Source: Nannocystales bacterium
GTDB lineage: Bacteria > Myxococcota_A > Polyangia > Nannocystales > Nannocystaceae
Direction: 5' to 3'
NCBI GenBank assembly: GCA_050633305.1
Contig: JBOEGF010000043.1
Span: 128,001-192,000 of the forward strand
DNA: 64,000 nt
The notes below the pieces were generated by a model. It did no database searches and was not told the origin of the DNA. It saw only the letters and a program-made list of their open reading frames with translations. Below, one piece after another: positions 30,162 through 39,551 of this stretch (its first letter is position 1; the number at the start of each line of letters is the position of its first letter). A program made the translations under genes and the position numbers.

Positions 30162-30312
30162 GCATCCGCCCCCACGTCCGTTCCCAGTCGGCCTCGGAGG
30201 CGGACTCCAGCAGGGTCGGAAGCTCGTTGCCGCGCCACGTGTTCCACATGTCGACGAGTCGACCGATGACGACGAAAGGCGCCAGGAACGGCAAGAGAAG
30301 AACGAGCTCCAC
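30118..30312 (-). CDS. Small hypothetical membrane protein
   Basis: 64 aa; hydrophobic N-terminus; TAGACT 8 nt before the GTG. Confidence 0.45.
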   Translation of the reverse strand: MELVLLLPFLAPFVVIGRLVDMWNTWRGNELPTLLESASEADWERTWGRMLSSPQPARRPTHKT

Positions 30313-30351
30313 GCTCGTTGAGTCTATCGCCAGTCCGCGTGGGTGCCAGCG

Positions 30352-31164
30352 CTACGGCCACGCTTGCAGCTCGATGAACTCGTAGACGAACGAACCGGAC
30401 CCCGTCGCGTCGCTGACCTCGGTGAGGAAGACCCCTGAGGATCCGGCGAACGGGTGGCCTACACCGGGGTCGGCGTCGCCCTCGCCGGCGGTTGTCCAAG
30501 ACCCTGCGGCCGATGCGTCGGTCCGGGCCACCGTCTGGCCGCTTGCCATGGCTGGGGTTGGGCCGTCGACCACGGTGTCCGACGCGTCACGAATCGAGAA
30601 CGTCTCATCGCCGTTGATCGCGGGAAAGCTGTCCTCGCTGTCGAGGTACACGACGTCGGCCTCGAGCGCGCCCCAATGCTGTTCGAACGCACCACGCGTT
30701 GCATCGCGGCCCACCACGAGGATGGCGCCCGCGGGGATGATCGTGCCTGCGGGGAGGGTGAACACTCGGTCGGAGCCGGTCTGCACCAGCGTCCAGCCGG
30801 AGAGGTCGACGGAGTCTTCGGACGGGTCGACATCGGTGGTGCTTGATCCGGTTTCGTCGCCGGTCTCGTCGCCGGTCTCAGCTCCGGTGCCTGAACTCTC
30901 CGCCTCGCCCCCGGTTGTGTCTTCGGCCTGATCGGAGTCGGTCCCCACCTCGGAACTCGGCGGAGCCGTTGTGCTGGGCTCGGTCGCAGGACTCCCTCCG
31001 TCGCTGAGACTGGTCAGGCCCGTGGTCACCGGATTCGACCCGCCCGTGGTGGTGCCCGTGACGTCTTCGGCCAGCGAGCTCCCCTCGCCATCAGCACGCA
31101 TCAGATCTCCGCCCGCGCAGCCGGCGGCAAGGAGGACGAGGAGTGTGGCGAGCCGATGAGACAT
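30352..31164 (-). CDS. Lipoprotein with lamin-tail-like domain
   Basis: LAAG-C; T/G/S/E linker; VDLSGWTL...FTLPAGTIIPAGAILVVG; C-terminal VFLTEV...YEFIEL. Confidence 0.8.
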   Translation of the reverse strand: MSHRLATLLVLLAAGCAGGDLMRADGEGSSLAEDVTGTTTGGSNPVTTGLTSLSDGGSPATEPSTTAPPSSEVGTDSDQAEDTTGGEAESSGTGAETGDETGDETGSSTTDVDPSEDSVDLSGWTLVQTGSDRVFTLPAGTIIPAGAILVVGRDATRGAFEQHWGALEADVVYLDSEDSFPAINGDETFSIRDASDTVVDGPTPAMASGQTVARTDASAAGSWTTAGEGDADPGVGHPFAGSSGVFLTEVSDATGSGSFVYEFIELQAWP

Positions 31165-31237
31165 GGGTTCATGCACCGTGACGGCGCACATCGACGCCAG
31201 TTGCACACCCCGGTGACATTTGTGCGATACGAACACC

Positions 31238-31978
31238 ATGCGGGTCGCCGCAATCTCGGATCTGCACATCGGTCTCGACGAGCGGACCGACGCGTTTGGG
31301 CATGAGCCCAAGACGTTTGCGGCTTTTCTGGACGAGCTGCTCGCGACCCACGACCGCGTGGTGCTGCTCGGTGACGTGTTTACCGCCGACCACGCCGCCG
31401 TCTGGGGTGGAGCGCATGCCCGCGTCCACCTACGACGGATCCTCACCCGAGTTCCTTGGTTGGCCGACCGCATCGCCGACCCTCGGGTGCACTACGTGCG
31501 GGGCAACCACGACGTGGTCGCAGGCGATGTCCTCGGTGCCGCCGACCGGGTGGTGTTGACCCGAGGTTCGGTGCGGGTGCTGTTCGTTCACGGCCACCAG
31601 TTCGACCCTGTTGCCCGTCGCGCCTTGCGTCTCGCGCAAGCGGGGACCTGGGCGACTGGTCGAATCCGCGCCGCCGGGATTCCCGCGCTGGCGCAATGGT
31701 TCGAAGACCGCGACGTCGCCATCAAGGATGCGCGATTTCGCGGCGTCGAAGGTCCGTACGCGCAAGCGGCCAATGCGTTGTGTAGAGACGTCGGTGTGTC
31801 CGCGGTGGTCATGGGCCACACCCACGCCGCCCGTGTCGATCATGTAGAGCACGGCGTGTCGCTCAACACCGGGACCTGCTCGGGTGGCCGGTTCGAGATG
31901 CTCAGCCTCGATCTCGCGGCCGGGTCCGGCATCCTGACCCGCGGGTTTGAGCGGGTCCCCATCTCATTCTTGAAATAG
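31238..31978 (+). CDS. Calcineurin-like metallophosphoesterase (LpxH-like)
   Basis: ISDLHIG, LLGD, RGNHD, HGHQFD, MGHTH, NTG. Confidence 0.85.
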   Translation: MRVAAISDLHIGLDERTDAFGHEPKTFAAFLDELLATHDRVVLLGDVFTADHAAVWGGAHARVHLRRILTRVPWLADRIADPRVHYVRGNHDVVAGDVLGAADRVVLTRGSVRVLFVHGHQFDPVARRALRLAQAGTWATGRIRAAGIPALAQWFEDRDVAIKDARFRGVEGPYAQAANALCRDVGVSAVVMGHTHAARVDHVEHGVSLNTGTCSGGRFEMLSLDLAAGSGILTRGFERVPISFLK

Positions 31979-31998
31979 TGGTCGTGTGACCCTATATT
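31970..31998 (+). promoter_or_regulatory. Sigma70-type promoter with candidate NrtR operator
   Basis: TTGAAA-17 nt-TATATT; imperfect palindrome ATAGTGGTCGTGTGACCCTAT (31975-31995) spans the spacer. Confidence 0.7.
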
Positions 31999-32004
31999 GG
32001 AGGC

Positions 32005-33486
32005 GTGCTCCCTTGGCAGTCCCCTTCGTCGCTCGCGACCGACGCGTACAAGTTTTCGATGGCGCAGGCGGGCTTCCCTCTGCGGCGAGAGACCTTCTAC
32101 TTCTCGTTCCGGCGAGGCGGGCCGCAGTTCGTGCCGTTCGACCTGGCCGCGATCGTACGCGAGATGCTCGCGGAAATCGCCCCGACGCTCGAAGATCTGG
32201 AGTTCGCGCGGGCCAGCGGCTACGCGATGTCGGACGCGATGGAACACGCGCTTCGGGCTGGCTCTGCGGCGGTCGAGATTTGCGCAGTCCCGCAGGGGGT
32301 CTGGGTGCTCGAACGCGAGCCCATTCTGAGCGTCACCGGCCCCAGCTTTCTCGTCTCGTGGCTGGAGCCGATGCTGCTGTGGCTCAACTACCCGATCCAA
32401 CTCGCGACCGCGTTCAAGTTGGATGAGGTCGACGATGCGATACGGACCGCGACCTGTGCGGAGCATGAGCAGATCATTCTCGCGGTCGCGCAAGCGGTGC
32501 AGTGCGACCCCGGGACGATCACGCGCGAAGACGATGCCTACCGGACTCGGGTGAAGGAGGGGGTCACGGCGCTCGTCGATGCGGTCGGAAGCCCCGACCG
32601 GGTGTTCGAGGTTGGTATGCGCTCCGCGGTCTGCATGCAACAGCACGAACTCGCACTGTCGGCCTGCGCCGAGGCGGGGGTGATGCGGACCAGCAACATG
32701 CACCTCGCACGCTCGTTGGGGATGAAGGCGGTGGGCACGATGGGGCATGAGCACGTGCAGCGTTGGGGTGATGACCTCGCCGCGTTCGAGGCGATGCGAG
32801 ACATGCGGTCCTCGCCGCCGAGCTATCTGCTCGACACCTTCGATACGATGGGATCGGGCATCGTCGCCGCGGTCGCCGTCATGCGGTCACGGGAGCACGC
32901 ATGTTCGATTCGCTACGACTCGGGCAACAAGTTCGTCCAGTACCTCCATGCCTGTGAGCTGCTCTCGGCCGCCGGTCTCGAGCCGTCTCATGTACTCGAA
33001 GACAGCCTCGACCTGATGGCGACCGTGCACTTCGAGAAGCTTCGCGAGTTCACGCAGTGGCCCCGGGAGAAGCAGCTGTACGGCTATGGAGGCAGCATCG
33101 TCGCCAAGCCCGCGACGAACCCGCTGACTCGAGACCGGGTCAGCGCGGTGTTCAAGCTCACCCGAACCGGTAGCCAGCCCCGCATGAAGTTTGGCAACGA
33201 GCGCGGTCTGGGCAAGCAGTCGGTGCCCGGGCTTCCGGTGGTGTGGCGCCGGCTTCGTGGAGATGGGCCGTTGGGGGTCATTGCGCAAGCCGGAGAGACC
33301 CCTCCCGAGGACTACGCCGTACTCAGCGGCAACGCAGACTTGGTCGAGACCCTGCGGCTGTGCAACGCCCACGAGTTGCCTCGCATGCTCACCGCCGAGG
33401 GTCTCAGCGCGACGTCGTCGCCAAGTCCGGAGACCGAGGCGCTGACCGAGCAGGTCTCCGCGGCCCGAGTCGGAGTGGCACCGTGA
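32005..33486 (+). CDS. pncB: Nicotinate phosphoribosyltransferase (NAPRTase family)
   Basis: TDAYKFSM, EVGMR, TSN, GTMGHE, LLDTFD, IRYDSG. Confidence 0.82.
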   Translation: MLPWQSPSSLATDAYKFSMAQAGFPLRRETFYFSFRRGGPQFVPFDLAAIVREMLAEIAPTLEDLEFARASGYAMSDAMEHALRAGSAAVEICAVPQGVWVLEREPILSVTGPSFLVSWLEPMLLWLNYPIQLATAFKLDEVDDAIRTATCAEHEQIILAVAQAVQCDPGTITREDDAYRTRVKEGVTALVDAVGSPDRVFEVGMRSAVCMQQHELALSACAEAGVMRTSNMHLARSLGMKAVGTMGHEHVQRWGDDLAAFEAMRDMRSSPPSYLLDTFDTMGSGIVAAVAVMRSREHACSIRYDSGNKFVQYLHACELLSAAGLEPSHVLEDSLDLMATVHFEKLREFTQWPREKQLYGYGGSIVAKPATNPLTRDRVSAVFKLTRTGSQPRMKFGNERGLGKQSVPGLPVVWRRLRGDGPLGVIAQAGETPPEDYAVLSGNADLVETLRLCNAHELPRMLTAEGLSATSSPSPETEALTEQVSAARVGVAP

Positions 33487-34166
33487 GCGCCCGCGCACGC
33501 ATTCTGGTCGACGTCGACACCCAGCACGACTTCGTGGACCCGTCGGGGGCGTTGCACGTTCCAGCGGAGGAGGGCGTCCCGGATGCCATCGCGATGCTGC
33601 TGCAAGAGGCTGAAGTCGAAGGCATCCCGATCCTGGGCTCGGTGGATTCGCATGCCTACGACGCGTGGGAGTTCGAAGCCAACGGCGGCCCGTTTCCCGC
33701 CCACTGCATCAAGGGGACGCCCGGATGGCTCCGCGTACACCCGCAGCTTCCCGCACGGACGCGCTTTGTGCCGATGCAGGTGCTCGCGCCGAGGGTTCGC
33801 AACCTGGTGGGGGAGTCGGTCCAGGGGGAAGGCGCCCGAGAGCTGAGCGCGGCTACGCTTGCAGCCGAGGCCCGCAGCGGCGTGGCGCTGTACTTCGAGA
33901 AGGAGGTGTACTCGTTGTTCGACAACCCTGCGGCGACCTCGGTCGTGGCGGCGCTGGTCGAGGCCATGGGGGGCACCGACGCGGTGGTCTTCGATGTGTT
34001 CGGGTATTGCACCGGTGGGTACTGTGTCGACGCTGCCGCTCGTGGTCTCGCGGAGCGCGGCTACTCGGTGCGCGTGCTGTCCGCAGCGACCGCGCCGATC
34101 GGCGGAGCGCAGGGCGCAGAGGCATCTCGGGTCGCGCTCACCGAAGCGGGGGTCCAGTGGGTGTGA
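33483..34166 (+). CDS. pncA: Nicotinamidase (isochorismatase family)
   Basis: VDTQHDF, DSH, FPAHCIKGTPG, FEK, YCV; GTGA overlap. Confidence 0.85.
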   Translation: MSARARILVDVDTQHDFVDPSGALHVPAEEGVPDAIAMLLQEAEVEGIPILGSVDSHAYDAWEFEANGGPFPAHCIKGTPGWLRVHPQLPARTRFVPMQVLAPRVRNLVGESVQGEGARELSAATLAAEARSGVALYFEKEVYSLFDNPAATSVVAALVEAMGGTDAVVFDVFGYCTGGYCVDAAARGLAERGYSVRVLSAATAPIGGAQGAEASRVALTEAGVQWV

Positions 34167-34918
34167 GTGGCGGGCGGGCGAAGCCGAAGAAGGCGTCCCG
34201 AAAGTCCGGGTTCCGCTACGACCATGCTCGACCGTCGGTCACCGTGGACATGGTCGTGTTCACCGTCGTCGACCTCGACCTCAAGGTCCTGCTGATCGAG
34301 CGTGGCGTCGCGCCATTTGAAGGCGAGTGGGCACTCCCGGGAGGGTTCGTGCGGGTGGGCAACGGGGTGGACGATCCGGGAGAGGACGTCGACGACGCCG
34401 CGGTTCGGGAGCTGCAGGAGGAGACCAGCTTGACCCCGAAGGACGTGTTTCTCGAGCAGCTCTACACCTTTGGTCGTGCGGATCGGGACCCCCGCGGCCG
34501 GGTGATTTCGGTCGCCTACTACGCGCTCGTTCCTGCCGACCGTGTGCCGCGCGTGAAGGCTGGGGACGATGCGGCCGATGCGACCTGGGTCTCCGTCTCA
34601 CGCCTCGACCGGGTCGAGCTCGCCTTCGACCACCGGGAGATCGTCGACGTCGCGGTGGAGCGGATCGCGGGGAAGATCGAGTACGACCTTCGTTTGGCGA
34701 TGAGTCTCGTGCCGCGGTCCTTCACCAAGGCAGAGCTCCGCAGGGTGTTCGAAGTTGTGACGGGTAACGACTACGACAAGAGCAACTTCAACAAGCGCTT
34801 CAATCGGATGAGTGAGGACGGTGTGATCATCGACGCGCCGGGAAAGCGCGCGGCGGCGGGACCGGGGCGGCCCGCGCACCTGTACGCGTTCGCCCAGACC
34901 CGTCATGCGGGCCTGTAG
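34163..34918 (+). CDS. nrtR: NrtR-type regulator (Nudix + winged helix)
   Basis: PSVTVD, WALPGGF, RELQEET, LEQLYTF, RDPR, LAFDH, FT..EL...E, NF.KR, GRPA.LY; GTGA overlap. Confidence 0.9.
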   Translation: MSGGRAKPKKASRKSGFRYDHARPSVTVDMVVFTVVDLDLKVLLIERGVAPFEGEWALPGGFVRVGNGVDDPGEDVDDAAVRELQEETSLTPKDVFLEQLYTFGRADRDPRGRVISVAYYALVPADRVPRVKAGDDAADATWVSVSRLDRVELAFDHREIVDVAVERIAGKIEYDLRLAMSLVPRSFTKAELRRVFEVVTGNDYDKSNFNKRFNRMSEDGVIIDAPGKRAAAGPGRPAHLYAFAQTRHAGL

Positions 34919-34921
34919 CCG

Positions 34922-35632
34922 TCAGGACTCGTCGAACTCGAGCCGGTAGCCGACGCCGCGGACGGCCCGGAACGCGAACTTGCGGTCCTTGGTCCAGCCG
35001 AGCTTTTTCTTGAGGTTGGAGACGAAGTTATCGACCGTGCGTGGGTCCACGCGGACGTTGCCCCAGACCTTGTCGAGGATGACCTCGCGGGCCATCGCTT
35101 CGCCGCGATGGGCGACCATGAACACGAGCAGGTCGAACTCGGTCCGGGTGAGGTCGACCGGCTCTCCCTGTGTGTCGAGCACGGTGCGGGCGCTGCGGTC
35201 GATCATGACACCGTCGAGGTCGAAGACCGTCTCGGACGCCTTTGTGGCCACCTCCGTGGAGCCTCCGCCGCGTCGGCGCAGCAAGGCTCGGACCCGCGCG
35301 AGCAGCTCTCGCAAGCGGTACGGCTTGGTGAGGTAGTCGTCCGCCCCGGCATCGAAGCCGGTGACGACGTCGTCTTCGAGGCTTCGGGCCGTGAGCATCA
35401 AGACGCCTGCGGTGGAGCCCTGGGCCCGAAGCGCTTTACACACCTCATAGCCGCTGATGCCGGGCAACATGATGTCGAGCACGATCACGTCGAACGTCTT
35501 GGTGCGGGCGAGCTCGATGGCAATCTCTCCGCTCGAGGCGTGCGCGACCTCGAACCCCTCATCCTCGAGGTTGTCGACCAGGGGCAGACGGAGGTTCTCG
35601 TCGTCTTCGACGACCAGGATGCTTTCGATCAT
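34922..35632 (-). CDS. OmpR-family response regulator
   Basis: VVEDD, LDIMLP, GADDYLTKPY, LTRTEFDLL, VRGVGY. Confidence 0.95.
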   Translation of the reverse strand: MIESILVVEDDENLRLPLVDNLEDEGFEVAHASSGEIAIELARTKTFDVIVLDIMLPGISGYEVCKALRAQGSTAGVLMLTARSLEDDVVTGFDAGADDYLTKPYRLRELLARVRALLRRRGGGSTEVATKASETVFDLDGVMIDRSARTVLDTQGEPVDLTRTEFDLLVFMVAHRGEAMAREVILDKVWGNVRVDPRTVDNFVSNLKKKLGWTKDRKFAFRAVRGVGYRLEFDES

Positions 35633-37470
35633 GACGGCTCCGGTTGGAGGATAGACGCTGGGAAACGAAGTCGGAAGGTTGTTCCGGTGTCGTCGGAACG
35701 AGCGATCTCGAGGTCCCCACCGTGGGCTTGCATGATCTGCCGACAGATCGACAGTCCCAACCCGCTGCCGCGAGCCCGTGTTCCACGACCGCGGTAGAAG
35801 TCGGTGAACACCTTGTTGCGCTCCGCGAACGGAATCCCTACGCCGTTGTCGGTGAAGGTCATGACCCAGCCGTCGCCAGCCAGTTCGGCATGCACTGCGA
35901 GTTCGATGGGGTCCCGCTCGCAGTAGTTGCACGCGTTCTTGGCGAGGTTTCGCAGCAGGAGCCGGAGCAGCTCAGGGTCGGCCCACAACCGAACCTCGGT
36001 CAGTCCTTCGCTTCGGAAGTCGACCGGGCCCGATGCCAGACCCGCCAGGTCGTCGTCGAGCTGTGCAACGAGGTCCCGCCCGTCGACTTCTTCGCACCGA
36101 GGCTGCCACCGCCCCTTGTCGAGTCGGTTGAATGACAGGAGGTTGTCGACGAGGAACGCCAAATCATCGCTCTCCCGCACGATTCGCGAGGGGTAGTCCC
36201 GGGCGCCTGGTAGACCCTTCGTTCGCCGCTCGAGCGTTTCTGCCATCAGCCGAATCGATGCCAGCGGTGTCCGGAGTTCGTGACTCACCGCGGCGACGAA
36301 GTTGCTCTTGAGCTCGACGAATCGTAGACGGCGCGACTGCAACACTCCGGCGAGTGCCATGAGGACCGAAGCCAGGACGGCGCACAGGACGACGAACGAC
36401 GTCTTGAGCCAAAAGCGCTGATCAGCTTGGTCGGCGGCACGCTCGAGCCGGGGCGCGATGACCGGGATGCGCAGGCTGGAGAGCTCCAGGCTCTCGGTCG
36501 TGACCTGTGGAGACAGGAGCCCGTCTTCGGGTTCCAGCAGACCTTTGGTCCGCATCTCCTCTTCGACCCCGAGCACCGCTTCATCGAGGTCGACTTCTGT
36601 GCCGAGCAAGACCTCGGTTGTCCGAGGGCGCACGAACACGCGGCCGTGGTCGAGCAGCATGGGACCTGTGGCCCGCGCGGGCACGAACATGTCTCGTGGG
36701 CGCTCGGCACGGCGCATCAAGAAGTCGTCGACCCGGACGCCAGAGAGCCGGCTGAGGGCGATGACGCGGTCCGAGAGAAATGTGAAGTCGGCCCCCGAGA
36801 ATCTGGAGCGTCGCTCGAGCAGAGCGCGCTGGAGGCCCTCGATCGCGAGTGCTCCACGGCCATCTCTGAGGCCTCGGCGAAGCGCGTCTTCCATCAGCAC
36901 GGGGTCCGGCTGGCTGCGTGTGAGGAGATCGAGCGCAGCGACGCGCGCGACGAGGTCGAGCCGGGAGTCGATCACGTGCAATGTGCGGTGGCGCAGAATC
37001 TCGCGAAACGAGCGCTCGATCGGGCTGGGGTCGCCCTCCTCGATTGCATCCCGAAAGTCGGTAAAGAGCACCAGCCGGTCAGCCCAGGGGGTCTGGGGCT
37101 CAGCCTCGATGGGGGCGCCGCTACGCAGGGCTTGGTAAAGCTCTTGGGCAGGGGTGTCGGCCCCATCGCGAGGGCTTGGCCGCGGCAGGCCCAAGGTGCC
37201 GCGCTCGACGAACACCAAACCGGCGGCAGGCAGAAGGGGGTCACGCCGCGCGGCCTCGAGTTGGGGGCCGGCTTCTCGCAGGACTTCCTCGAGTTGGAGC
37301 TGCAGAGCTCGCAGCGCGAACTCTTCGAGCGCCGAGATCTGGTCGTCGATGCGGGCCCGGGTGTCGCGACGTTCGGTGAGCATCATGCTTTGTAGGGTCG
37401 CAAGGCCCCACAACAACATCGCCAGACCCAAGCCCAGCGCGACCAGCCATGGACGGAGACGTTTGAGCAT
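35629..37470 (-). CDS. Sensor histidine kinase
   Basis: Two TM helices; VSHELRTPL, NLAKNA, DNGVG, GSGLGL. Confidence 0.93.
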   Translation of the reverse strand: MLKRLRPWLVALGLGLAMLLWGLATLQSMMLTERRDTRARIDDQISALEEFALRALQLQLEEVLREAGPQLEAARRDPLLPAAGLVFVERGTLGLPRPSPRDGADTPAQELYQALRSGAPIEAEPQTPWADRLVLFTDFRDAIEEGDPSPIERSFREILRHRTLHVIDSRLDLVARVAALDLLTRSQPDPVLMEDALRRGLRDGRGALAIEGLQRALLERRSRFSGADFTFLSDRVIALSRLSGVRVDDFLMRRAERPRDMFVPARATGPMLLDHGRVFVRPRTTEVLLGTEVDLDEAVLGVEEEMRTKGLLEPEDGLLSPQVTTESLELSSLRIPVIAPRLERAADQADQRFWLKTSFVVLCAVLASVLMALAGVLQSRRLRFVELKSNFVAAVSHELRTPLASIRLMAETLERRTKGLPGARDYPSRIVRESDDLAFLVDNLLSFNRLDKGRWQPRCEEVDGRDLVAQLDDDLAGLASGPVDFRSEGLTEVRLWADPELLRLLLRNLAKNACNYCERDPIELAVHAELAGDGWVMTFTDNGVGIPFAERNKVFTDFYRGRGTRARGSGLGLSICRQIMQAHGGDLEIARSDDTGTTFRLRFPASILQPEPS

Positions 37471-37497
37471 CTTGGCGAACGACTTAACGACGACTGG

Positions 37498-39075
37498 TTA
37501 GCGTACGACCGGCATCCGCTCGAAGGGCCGCGCTGTCGATCGGCTGCCGGAGCTCTTGGGCTTGGCCCGTAACTTGGCTGCGGCGTCGATCATCGCGCCC
37601 AGCCGGGCGGCGTCGGGGTCGTTTCGGAGGTCTTCGGGGAGCGCCGCGAATCGGTCCTGCAGTTCGGCCCAGGTGATGCGCCGGGCCCAGTAGGAGGCTC
37701 GCAGTTTCTCAGCGACGGCGGCGGCGAGGACGACGAGTTGCGTGCGCTCCGGCGCGTCGGCGGTTGCGACACCGCTGGTGAGCCCTTCCATCGGTTGGCG
37801 AACCGCGCGGATCTTCCCCGTCTTCGGATCGGTGTAGCGCAGACTCGCTTGGCCCCAGACCGCCGGGGCATCGTCACGAAGCTTGACCTCGTACAGGGCG
37901 GTGACGGCATCACCGGCACGCAGGGCTCCGCTGGTCGGTTGTTCGCGGCGAGGGGCGGGCTCGATGCGGCCCTCGAAGCCGAGCAAACGGTATCGGGTCA
38001 CCGCTTGCGGATCGAACTCCACATCCAGGACCGGGTCGGCGGCGGCGATGGGCCGACGCATCACCTGCGCCAGGCGTCGTGCGGTATCCGAGGGTTCATG
38101 GGCGAACAGGTATGCGCCTTGGCCCGCGCTGGCGAGTCCGCCGAGCAGGACGTCGTCATAGGTGTCGCGGCCGATACCGACCGCGTACGTCGCCACACCC
38201 CGGCGTGCGGCGTCTCGTGCGGTGGCCCAAACCCGTCGTCGCGCCTGTGCGCGGGAGCGTTCGGCGGATGGGGGTAAGGAGCCCGGGCCGAGGACGACCA
38301 CGACACGATCGCGGCCGGCCTTCTTGCGCCCGACGGCTCCGAAGGCTGCGGCGAGCGTCGTCTCGGACATCGAGGGAGCCTCGGCCGGCCCCAGTCGCTT
38401 GGCCTCGGCCTCGAGATCGATGATCGAAGGGGGCGGGCCCAGGGGGAGCAGAACTTCCGCCGGGGAGTTGAGCTCGACGAGCGCGATGCGATCGTCGCGG
38501 GAGAGTGCCGCGCCGAGCGTTTGTACGAGCTCGCGCGCTTCGTCGAGGTCCGGTGGGGTCGCCATCGCGGGTGAGACGTCGACCGCAACGACGACGTCGA
38601 CGGGGCGCTGGGGCTGCGGGGTCGCGTAGGCGGTGACTCGAACCACTTGGTAGCCACGACGGTGCGAGGAGGCGACGGCATCGACCTCGATTCCGAGCCG
38701 CGTCTTGGCGTCGGCGACCAACTCGGGCGGGACGGAGAAGACCTTGACGAACTCCTCGACGCGGACCTCGGCCGGTTGCGGCGCTTCTCCACGCGCCAAC
38801 GCTGCCCGTGCGAGGTCGAAGCTCGCGGTGTCGTGGTCCAGGGTGAACGCACCGCGAGGTCGTTCGGCGGTGTCGATGGTCGGCCCGACACCGTGGTCCC
38901 GGAAGGTCCTCGGCGGGCGGTCTGCCGACTTTCGCGAATCCGGGTCGGCCAGGATCGGACGGTCCCACGCAGGCGCGCTCGTATCGGCCGCGCGCGCCAA
39001 TGGAGGCGCTGCGGCTGCGACGGGACCGGGGGCGATCGCCAGCAGCACGAGGGTGGGAATTGCGCGACGGAACAT
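37498..39075 (-). CDS. Secreted YfbK-like vWA-domain protein
   Basis: DHDTASF, VRVEEF, AVDVS, VEFDP..V..YRLLGFE, VTALYEV, AEKLR.S. Confidence 0.85.
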   Translation of the reverse strand: MFRRAIPTLVLLAIAPGPVAAAAPPLARAADTSAPAWDRPILADPDSRKSADRPPRTFRDHGVGPTIDTAERPRGAFTLDHDTASFDLARAALARGEAPQPAEVRVEEFVKVFSVPPELVADAKTRLGIEVDAVASSHRRGYQVVRVTAYATPQPQRPVDVVVAVDVSPAMATPPDLDEARELVQTLGAALSRDDRIALVELNSPAEVLLPLGPPPSIIDLEAEAKRLGPAEAPSMSETTLAAAFGAVGRKKAGRDRVVVVLGPGSLPPSAERSRAQARRRVWATARDAARRGVATYAVGIGRDTYDDVLLGGLASAGQGAYLFAHEPSDTARRLAQVMRRPIAAADPVLDVEFDPQAVTRYRLLGFEGRIEPAPRREQPTSGALRAGDAVTALYEVKLRDDAPAVWGQASLRYTDPKTGKIRAVRQPMEGLTSGVATADAPERTQLVVLAAAVAEKLRASYWARRITWAELQDRFAALPEDLRNDPDAARLGAMIDAAAKLRAKPKSSGSRSTARPFERMPVVR

Positions 39076-39218
39076 GCCGACACCGCAACGATGCCTCAGC
39101 GTGGCGCCAAACGCTCGTATTCTCCCAAAGCCGGACTCACCTCAGGGAAAACGCTCCGGAATCGATCCGGCTCAAGGGCCGGGTGCAAGCAAGGACCGGT
39201 ACGCGGCGTTCGGGAGTC

Positions 39219-39542
39219 ATGCACGCGCTCGCGCTCGTCCTCGTGTCCGCCTTCTTGGCTCCAACCACGGCCAAGGACCCAGAATCCGTACGGATTCTCT
39301 CGATCGAGTTGTCTGCGGATGGAGTCGGTGGGGCGATTCGCACCGAGGCGATCCGCCTCGCCGACCGAGACCGAGAGTTCAGGTTTGGCGAGGGCGCGTG
39401 TCGAAAACACACGCTGGCCGATCGCGTTCTCGCGCAGCTCTTCGACGCGATGCAGACGCAGCGAGAGGTGGTCTTCGAGACCGAACGGGTCGGGGAGAGC
39501 GACTGCGTGCGACGCGTGCGGTTCTCGGGCCCTCGGGCATAG
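39219..39542 (+). CDS. Small secreted hypothetical protein
   Basis: GGGAG before the ATG; signal-like N-terminus; two Cys. Confidence 0.55.
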   Translation: MHALALVLVSAFLAPTTAKDPESVRILSIELSADGVGGAIRTEAIRLADRDREFRFGEGACRKHTLADRVLAQLFDAMQTQREVVFETERVGESDCVRRVRFSGPRA

Positions 39543-39551
39543 TGGATCGCG

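Noticed and set aside
32005..34166. NAD enzymes as a phage-type NAD reconstitution (anti-defence) module
   Set aside because: No phage genes nearby; the pncB-pncA-nrtR layout fits ordinary salvage
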